From contig OZ024742.1 of assembly GCA_964016885.1 (NCBI GenBank), positions 86,428,001 to 86,492,000 on the forward strand: DNA of 64,000 nt, given 5' to 3'. Source of the stretch: Eledone cirrhosa (lineage: Eukaryota). The first letter of the stretch is position 1, and each line of letters opens with the position of its first letter. A model generated the notes under the pieces. The model ran no database searches and had not been told where the DNA came from. It saw nothing but the letters and a program-made list of their open reading frames with translations. The position numbers and the translations under genes are program-made. Shown in pieces: positions 54,334 through 64,000 of the stretch.

Positions 54334-55434
54334 TCAGTCGGCCAGGCGTACCGAAAACGATAAGTTGTAATATAATGAAACGAAATTTCATTTCTCAACT
54401 TTTTGTACGGCACTTACTTAAAAGTAAGTATGTATACAGTAAGTATGTATACAGTTTAAAGGGCTTTGCAAATTGAAAATAGCGATAGCTAATTCATCCG
54501 CGTGATATGTAGCAACGAAAGAACGTACTAGTGTATAAGAACTGTATATATATATAGTAATAATATATATATGTAACCCATTAGCAACCTAGCATCACGT
54601 TTATTCTCATATTTACACATATCTTTTGCCTCGCTGTGACCCGTCTATTTCGTTCTTACTGCTTCCTCTTTCTCTGTACCTTTATCCTCTCTAGCAGTCA
54701 CTCTCTCTGTTAGCCTATTCCTCACCCTTCACTCACTCACTCTCTGTTACTACCTCTCCTCCTCCTCCTTCTTCCCGTTTGACAAGTGCGTAATTCTTTT
54801 CTTTCGCACCCTTGGTCATGCAGGTCGCTTTTTTTCTCTCTCGTCTACGATTTCACAGAACTTACGTTCATCGAATTCACAGACTAGATCCCTTCTTCCT
54901 CCCATTAGACCTGTACAGAATTCCTTCCTTGCTCACATTCCAACCAGGTTTGATGGTCTTTATTCTCTCTCGTTCACGATTTCACCGAACTTATATTCAT
55001 GGAAATTTGGGACTTGACTCCTTCTTCCTCACTTTTCGTTGCTTCGCCATCTTTGTTTGTTTACACTCTCGTGTCCCCTTTATTTACGTGTCCCAACGAC
55101 TTTTCTTAGCCGTTGCTCGCACCAAGCGGAGGTATATGGTCTTTAAAGCGATGAAATACCAATGATGGTTGGGAGATCACTGATGAAGGACTAACTTTTT
55201 CATATATATATATATATAGGTATATATGAATGTATATATATTGTATTTTGCACTACATTGTATGCTTAATTAAAAGCATTTTGATGACCTTACGCTATTG
55301 TTTTTAAGTAGTGACTATTTCACTTACTTCTTTTGTCAACAAACGAAGGAAGATAAGCTGACAGATCGCGGTTTCATACTGCGGGTATTCCTCAGAGCTT
55401 AGCTTGTGTAAATTATGAATGCTGGATTCTTATA

Positions 55435-55720
55435 GAGTTCCAGTAATAATCAGGAACTGATTATACAGAGCGGTTGCCGGTACAGCAAAAATTGAAAATA
55501 GGCACACTAGGTACTATCTCAAAGAGTTTCCAAGGATGGTTAAATAAGTTTAGTACAACCCCGCTTTTTGGAACGCTTCAAAAGGCATTCTTGCTGGGAA
55601 CAGGAAGAACCCTCCGATACGTCCTGACTGTAATAGGCTGCAAGTATTGGCTTGATATTCAATTCAACAAACCTTCCAGTTAATTAACATAAATGACCGA
55701 GACTCAAATGATAATAATAT
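55435..55720 (+). mobile_element. R4/Dong LINE 3' end
   Basis: IGTLGT...LQKAFLLGTGRTLRYVL followed by a short UTR and TAA-like tail. Confidence 0.7.
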
Positions 55721-55744
55721 TATATGTATATATGTTATTATTAC

Positions 55745-55853
55745 CTGAGTTCAAATACCGCCGTAGTTAATTTTGCCCTTCATCATTACGGGGTCGATAA
55801 AATAAAGTACCAATAATGCCCTGGGTAATTGCTGGCCTTGTGCCAAATGTAGA

Positions 55854-55858
<5 letters not shown>
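55745..55858 (+). mobile_element. 5'-truncated SINE (main family)
   Basis: B box through tail. Confidence 0.8.
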
Positions 55859-55912
<54 letters not shown>

Positions 55913-56095
55913 GTGTGTGTGTGTGTGTATGGGTGTGTGTGTGTTAGTGTGTGTGTAGGTGTTAGTGTGTGCGTGTGTGCGTGAAACTTGGACTGTCCTA
56001 TCGTGTATAAAGACATACCATTTTCTAATTTGTAGGCATGGAAACATGTCAGAAATTACCAATTTCCTCTTAAATTGAAAAAAAAATCATACAGT

Positions 56096-56144
56096 AAAAT
56101 TTAATCGATTTTCGGATTTCATTCATCTCTCATCAGGAAATGTG
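56096..56144 (-). ncRNA. Degenerate minimal hammerhead (family R3)
   Basis: CACATTTC-CTGATGA-GAGAT...ATCC-GAAA-ATCGAT-TA; palindromic stem III; stem I imperfect. Confidence 0.55.
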
Positions 56145-56185
56145 TATATCATTCAATCAACCACTAGGAAACATGATTATGATGG

Positions 56186-56243
56186 GTATATATACCCATT
56201 CACCCATAGAATTATTCTGAAATTGACGCAGTAATTTGCATAT
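56186..56243 (-). promoter_or_regulatory. Octamer + TATA-like module upstream of R3 HHR
   Basis: ATATGCAAATTACTGC...GTATATATAC. Confidence 0.4.
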
Positions 56244-56771
56244 AATTAACGTTTATGGTAATTACTCTATATCTTAATACGCACTGGTGATTCGTGAGAG
56301 ATAGTTAAGCTCAATGCTGGCGAAGAAGCTCGGATGAGATGTTAGCGGCTCCGAATAAGTCTAACGCTTGTTATCTTGAAAATAGGACCTTTAATTTTTA
56401 ATCACGCATAAATATATATGTATATAAATGTACACTCACATATTTTTATATATATGTAAATATTATTGTATACAGCTGCTTATGATGGGGGCATTGTTTC
56501 AAGGACTTAGGTGGTGATTGCTATAGATTTTTTTAGTAGGATCTCATCGCGTAATGTTCCTGCACATGGTCTACTCCAGATATAGGGTCGTTATATATAT
56601 ATGTTTGTGTATTGAAAAGTGAAAAGGAGAAAAAAAGTCAAAGATACATTCTTGATTAATTCGTGTCTCAGTGCGTAATGTTTTCTGTTAAAAAAACACA
56701 CGCACACACCCAGAGGCACAGAGGCACACACAGCTACGTTTAAATACGTACCAACCCCCCACCCAGACATA

Positions 56772-57365
56772 TCTATATATATAAAGTTGTAGTTGCTGTA
56801 GTTTGTTTGTTTGTTCACGAATCTTCCTATGGTTTTGGAGATGGACCCTCATGACCATATATATTCTGAAAGAACATTGCTCAGGGTACTTGGATAAGTT
56901 TATTTCATTTTAAGCAAAGGGTTAGGGATCATATGAAATTTAAACCATAGGTAAATGACAAGATAAGATGCCTATTCACAACATTTCAGCAAATTTCAAC
57001 AATATTAAGAAACCCTAATGGGGATTAAAGCCCCTATTGTGAACATTTTGGAAGCCCATAACTTGAGTGTTGGAACTTTGAATTTCAAATTTAAAAATAA
57101 CGTTTTACACAAAAATAAAATGAATTGATATTTTGAAAAAAATTATTTACAAGAAACAAAATAAGAATAAGATTTAATAATGTAATTTTGATTTGAAATA
57201 TTTCAAAAATAATGTTTTCCAATATTTCATGCATTACATTTTATATTCACTAATATTGAAATGAAGAGTTTTTCTCCACAAATTATATTACTGATTTAAA
57301 ATCAATCATCATTTTCTCACAAAAAATATCTGTGAAACGCAGCAAGGTGCGGGTAATTCGGCTAG
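56772..57365 (+). mobile_element. Non-autonomous Helitron
   Basis: A|TCTATATATATAAA start; 3' CGCAGCAAGGTGCG hairpin then CTAG|T. Confidence 0.6.
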
Positions 57366-57380
57366 TATATATATATATTA

Positions 57381-57606
<226 letters not shown>

Positions 57607-57613
57607 GTATACA

Positions 57614-57656
<43 letters not shown>

Positions 57657-57959
57657 GTATATATATATATATATATTCAGAGAGAGAGCGAGAGATGGGG
57701 GAGAGAGTGTGTGTGCGTGCCTGCGTGCATGTGTTTGTAGGAGAGAGCGAGAATCTAATGGGGTGATTACATATTTTATATTGCTTTCAATTCGTTAATA
57801 ACTAATTTTTTTTAATTATTTATTCTTTGTTTTTGAGTTAAAGAAGCGCGGCACTTGTAAACGTATATTGTGGGAGAGAGAGGGAATCTAATGGGAGTGA
57901 TTACATATTTAAAAAGTCTTTCTTTAATTATTCTTTGTTATTGAGTGAAGAATCAGGGC

Positions 57960-58670
57960 CCTTGTCAAGGTGGACGATTTTGAAGTTGGGTTTGTTCATT
58001 TCTGCATAAAGTGGCTAACTGAGGGTTTTTTTCTCGTGTTTACATCTCTGATTTGTTGGCGATGGATATGCATTATGTTGCGTAATGACACACCCGTCAG
58101 TTCTATGTACTTATTTCGACAACCACCGCATGTGATTACCTAGATAAAGTTATCTGAGTTGCAAGTATATTATTTTTTCGATGACTGTGAATGTTTGGCA
58201 ATCTTTAAACGTGAAGTGTTGTCCTTCATGTAAGTATAGGCATATGCCACAGTTTGTTCTCCCGCATTTTGTTACCGTAGGATGGAGATTTATTTGTGTA
58301 TATTTGTTCCAATGAGAATGTGTTTTTGTGAGTTGGATTGCCTTTTACTTTTAATGATTTTGTGTTCCTAGGATTTTTTTAATTTGTGCATCTTTAAATG
58401 GAATGAGGAGGTTTTTGTGTAAGATGTCGAAAATTACGATGTTTCTGAGGTTAAACTTGAATACATCTGGTGAGATATTGTTTGTGGTTCTGTGCTTTGG
58501 GCTGTTGGGATGATGAACATTTGCGTGTTTTGCTCTATATATTTCGTTATTAATTATGTTAAGTGGGAAAGCTTTTAAGATAAGTGTGTTTATTAGTTCA
58601 TCTAGTCTTTGTTCCCATTTAGCTGGGTCTGATACTATGGAGCATATACGTTTGGCTAAAATATATTTTA
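57960..58670 (-). mobile_element. Decayed PLE (thumb + GIY-YIG region; non-Naiad type)
   Basis: LAKRICSIVSD...RLDEL...L..FP..II and LRNIMHIHRQQIR remnants. Confidence 0.65.
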
Positions 58671-58816
58671 AACTGTAATCTATGGTCCATTACTGTTGCA
58701 CCTCAGTTCCCCCAACCCACTATCTTCCTCTATCTCTTTCTAATAATTGAATCTACTACGATTTGGGCTTACTTTATTCATATATATATGATTGGCATTA
58801 TATATATACACACATA

Positions 58817-59000
58817 GGGCGGTGAATTGGCAGTATCGGTAGAGGGTCGGACATGCTTTTCAGCATAGTTACGTCCCTTTACGATCTGAGTTCAAATCCT
58901 GCCGAGGTTAACTTTGCCTTTCATCCTTACGGGGTCGATAAAATAAAGTACCAGTAATGTACTGATTAATTGCTGGCCTTGTGCCTAAAATAGAAACAAT
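58817..59000 (+). mobile_element. tRNA-derived SINE (main family)
   Basis: GGGCGGTGAATTGGCAGTATCGG...GAGTTCAAATCC...core. Confidence 0.85.
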
Positions 59001-60230
<1,230 letters not shown>

Positions 60231-61167
60231 TGTTTGTTAAAATATCCACATTAATCTAATTAAAAAGTTAACCATACATAGGAATAGAAAGCTTGTTACC
60301 AACGGGCCAGAAGGTTGACAAGTCGACCCTAAATATGACTAATGGCTCTAAGAAAGACATGGACGACGCCATATCCTTTTACCTTTGTCTCGGTGGCCTA
60401 GTAGCAAGAACAAAAGACAGTGCTGATCCTTGTCTGAAGTTCGATCCTGGTCGGGAGTAGGGCTTCCGGTATGCCTTTTCATTTTTTTTTTCTATGGGAT
60501 GTAAAATAAAACCTGATAAAGATTACATGTACCACTCGACCAGGATTGATCCCAAGACCAGGATCTCCAACGCACTAGTATCCTACGCTTTTATTTCCAA
60601 AGTGGTTGATAATTATTAATTTTCTCGATATCTTTGTATCTGTCTCGGTCGGTGGCCTAGACGGAGCAATCATATGTTGTGGTGATCCTGGGCGCGAGTA
60701 GGGTTCCCAGCAAAACTTTTCAGTTTTATACTATGGGATACAAAATAAAAACTGAACAGATAACATGTACATCTTAACTAGGATTGAACACAAGACCACG
60801 ATTTCCTTAGTCTCTAGTACCTATCACTACTCCAATGAGATAGCTACGGGAATCCCACGAAAATACATACTTATAAATCTACTTTCAACATTTTAAAATC
60901 AAAATAGTGTGGTGTCGTTCATGTCTTTCTTAATTGTATTGCTTCTACTTAAGCTCGACCTTTAAATCATTTGGATTTCCTTAAACTATATCCTTTTGGT
61001 TCTCCTCTATCTACACTATATTTACAGTTGTAATCCACGTTTCATTTCTGATGCCTCTCATTTCTGCCCCTTCTCTCTGTGATATTTGAATCTAATATGA
61101 TTTGGGCTTACTTTGTTCATATATACATGTTTTGCATGTCAGATTCAAATTTACATTGATTGGCATC

Positions 61168-61262
<95 letters not shown>

Positions 61263-61269
61263 CATCACT

Positions 61270-62440
61270 GGTTTGTTAAAGTAATCAAATTAAATTAATT
61301 CAATAGTTAAAGACACATGGGAATAATAAACTTGTTAACAAAGATCCAGAAGATTGACAAGTCGACTCTAAATATGAATAATAGCTCTAGGAATGATATC
61401 TCTTCTAATCGTTATAATGCTTAGGGGATTATATAATTGAATACGCTCTGATTTTGGGCTGTATTGTAGCATGCTGCGCATTAAATGAAATATCTCTTAG
61501 TTGGATGATAGGTTGGATAGTCTCGGGTATGTGTTTCTGACCTAATTTATTGTAACATCCATAGGTTGGTTGGATAATCCCTGGACAGATTAGCATGCCT
61601 AGTACGCTTTCAGGTAAATATAGAAAAGCTGCTTCAATATGATGAGAGTTACATCATGGAAGTGGTTACTTTTAAGGAATGTTTGTTTAGCCAATTTGAG
61701 ACGGAGTCCCGCGAAGAGTTATTTTTGTGCCTGAACCGTGATTCGGGCGTTGTATCCAGTGTGTGTCACTATTCTTACTTTTCTGCAAGAATCCTTTCTA
61801 AGTGGGGAAATCTTCTATACCTTTTTGAAGATGAATATGCGAAACATATCGGTTACTGTCGTAGTGTAAGTAATAGCACTGTGGGAATGAAATGGAGCAT
61901 GTGAAAACGTTTGATCCAATGAAACTTTTTTACTTGTGAATCCCCGGCTTGTAGAATGAAGTTTGTATCCTGATCCCTGATTTGGGGAATAGTCAGGCGT
62001 ATTTTATAGCCAACTGTAATTGAGGGTGTGTTATGGAAGTATAGTTCTTTTTTATACCCAACTGAATAAAACTGTATTTTCACGCAGATGATTGGGAAAG
62101 TGTCTGACCCTCCGGAAGTTAATTTTTAATTTATCCATTGTTCAGTTGCCTGTAAATTTGTAATATAAAACTTCGTTCGGTTGATGAGTCAGATAATGGT
62201 GTTTTAGCAAAGTTGTGTTTGTGGTCTTTAGTGTAGAATATGTTTTCCAATGAGGGAGGCATTGGGTTCAATCTTTGAATTTCAATTTTGAGGTGACATA
62301 CGGCCATATTATTCAGTAAGGGACGTCTATTCAATAGCAAGGGCGAAATTGTTACATCGTGAAAACGTAGGTTATTGATAAACGTGCCCCAAACTAAAGC
62401 ACTTGCTAGTCTATTTGCTGTTACTAAAGGTGAACACAAA
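61270..62440 (-). mobile_element. Decayed PLE-like RT relic
   Basis: Fragmented RT/thumb-like ORFs. The end 61270-61393 is duplicated at 60231-60352. Confidence 0.4.
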
Positions 62441-63107
62441 TAACAGTCAATCCTACATAAAATATATTAACAACCGAGATTGCTTATGTGGAATGACATA
62501 GCACGCACCTAATGACCATACAACCAACAAAACGTACTACAATTTATTGACGGCTACATGAACACAAACACATTTACTGCAACTAAAAGCATACATTATC
62601 TTTAAGATTTTTAAGATGAAGACCATAATATATCTGGTCGATGGTCATACACATTTAGTGAAAGTTTAAAGTAGAATCTATATATACCCAATCATTTTTA
62701 TACAGATAAATACCCATGCGGTGAAACGTTATATGAACCTGTATGCTCAAAGTGCTTGCTCCATTCCATATATAATTATGATTGATAGCACTAGCGGGAA
62801 TTTAATTAAATAAATATAATGAATAATAATCAATATACTGATAAAAGGTGAATAATAGTGTGAAGTTTATATTTTTACACTAGCATATAATAATGTTGTC
62901 TTACATTTACACACATTTTCTAGAAAATTATATCTTTCCACAAATATTTGTATTACTGTTATTTAGTAATTCTTGAGAAGCAGAGATAAGAAACAGAATA
63001 AGAAGGAGGGCTTTGAATGGAAGGGTTAAAAATGAGGGGGCATATTAGGAGGGGTAGATGAAGAAAACGGAAAAAATCGATAGGAGGATAGATTGGAACA
63101 GATGGAA

Positions 63108-63108
<1 letters not shown>

Positions 63109-63138
<30 letters not shown>

Positions 63139-63196
63139 AAGAAGAAGAAGAAGAAGAAGAAGAAGAAGAAGAAGAAGAAGAAGAAGAAGAAGAAGA
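63109..63196 (+). repeat. (GAA)n microsatellite
   Basis: Direct read. Confidence 0.95.
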
Positions 63197-64000
63197 TCAT
63201 TATTGTGGTGAGTAACCTAGGTGTAATAAATCTTTAATGAGAAACAATCTTAATATTTGGAGGCTAAGTACCAGGTTGATAACAAATAAAATAAATTAAT
63301 ACAGTATATTTTCCTCGGGTGTTCTAAATCAGACATAATGAAAAGATTTGGTCATTGGACTAACTTATAAGCTGGTGTATTGTTAACTTGAGAAAGCACT
63401 TTTTAATAAATAATATTAGATGAATTAATAATATTCAATAAACCCATATATATATATATACATATATATAAATATATACATATATATGTATATATAGATA
63501 TATAAAGATCTGAATTAAGAGTATTCCGCAGTTCACTGTAATAATAATAATAGTATTAGCTCAAAGAAGAATAGAGAAATTTTTTCTGAGCTCAAAAGCA
63601 AATATCTTACACAAAGAGAAGTGTGTTACACAGTGAGATGTGTGTAAAGAATTATTACAAGTGTGTTTTACCGTTACTGTATAGAAAACAATATCTACAG
63701 GTTTAGCAATTAAATAGAAAAAATCTAAGTCAGAATCAAATCTCTGAATTAGAGTTTTAAATTACCAACCTTATAACTATAAGTTTGCTGATACGAATCT
63801 CGCTTCGTTTCACCACTGATATGTGCAGTATAACAGTTCGCAGGATCCTCAGTCAGAAAATGTGGACACTGTTTACGACACATCTAACCTCATGGATAGA
63901 GAGAAAGCTAATATACACGCTGCCCAGAGTAGGGCGAAATCACGTGTTATTTGCATCAAATAACGGCTCTCATGGATTGGGGAAAAAGCTAGAGAGGGCA

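Larger units (their letters stand above)
54065..54435 (-). mobile_element. Retrozyme-like family R1 copy
   Basis: Reverse complement aligns with 38686-38843 and 40250-40470; carries an HHR and the octamer. Confidence 0.75.

Noticed and set aside
55170-55200. CTGATGAAGG possible HHR start
   Set aside because: Truncated by a TA tract, with no GAAA or stem III.

Overview
AT-rich, microsatellite-dense eukaryotic intergenic or intronic DNA with no recognisable host gene. The abundant ~185-bp tRNA-derived SINE resembles cephalopod (Octopus-like) SINEs, which is inference only. The window is almost entirely transposon-derived. It holds three families of Naiad-type Penelope-like retroelements (PLEs; RT plus C-terminal GIY-YIG), one nearly intact with apparently identical ~1-kb pseudo-LTRs, all ending in (TA)n. 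It also holds a head-to-tail Helitron array, RTE, R4/Dong and CRE LINE relics, older PLE relics, SINEs and a MITE. Reading both strands gave a dozen hammerhead-ribozyme (HHR) motifs. Some lie in Naiad pseudo-LTRs, including a U3-A8 core variant, and others lie in small non-coding retrozyme-like elements. Three otherwise dissimilar minimal-HHR elements share an upstream octamer (TATGCAAATTA..CTGC) plus TATA-like module at similar spacing. One of them is fused directly to a Naiad RT fragment. Together these suggest a Naiad-mobilised, promoter-carrying ribozyme/circRNA system targeting (TA)n. Fold-back duplications centred on (TA)n flank the Naiad insertions. All calls were made by eye, and no searches or folding programs were run.
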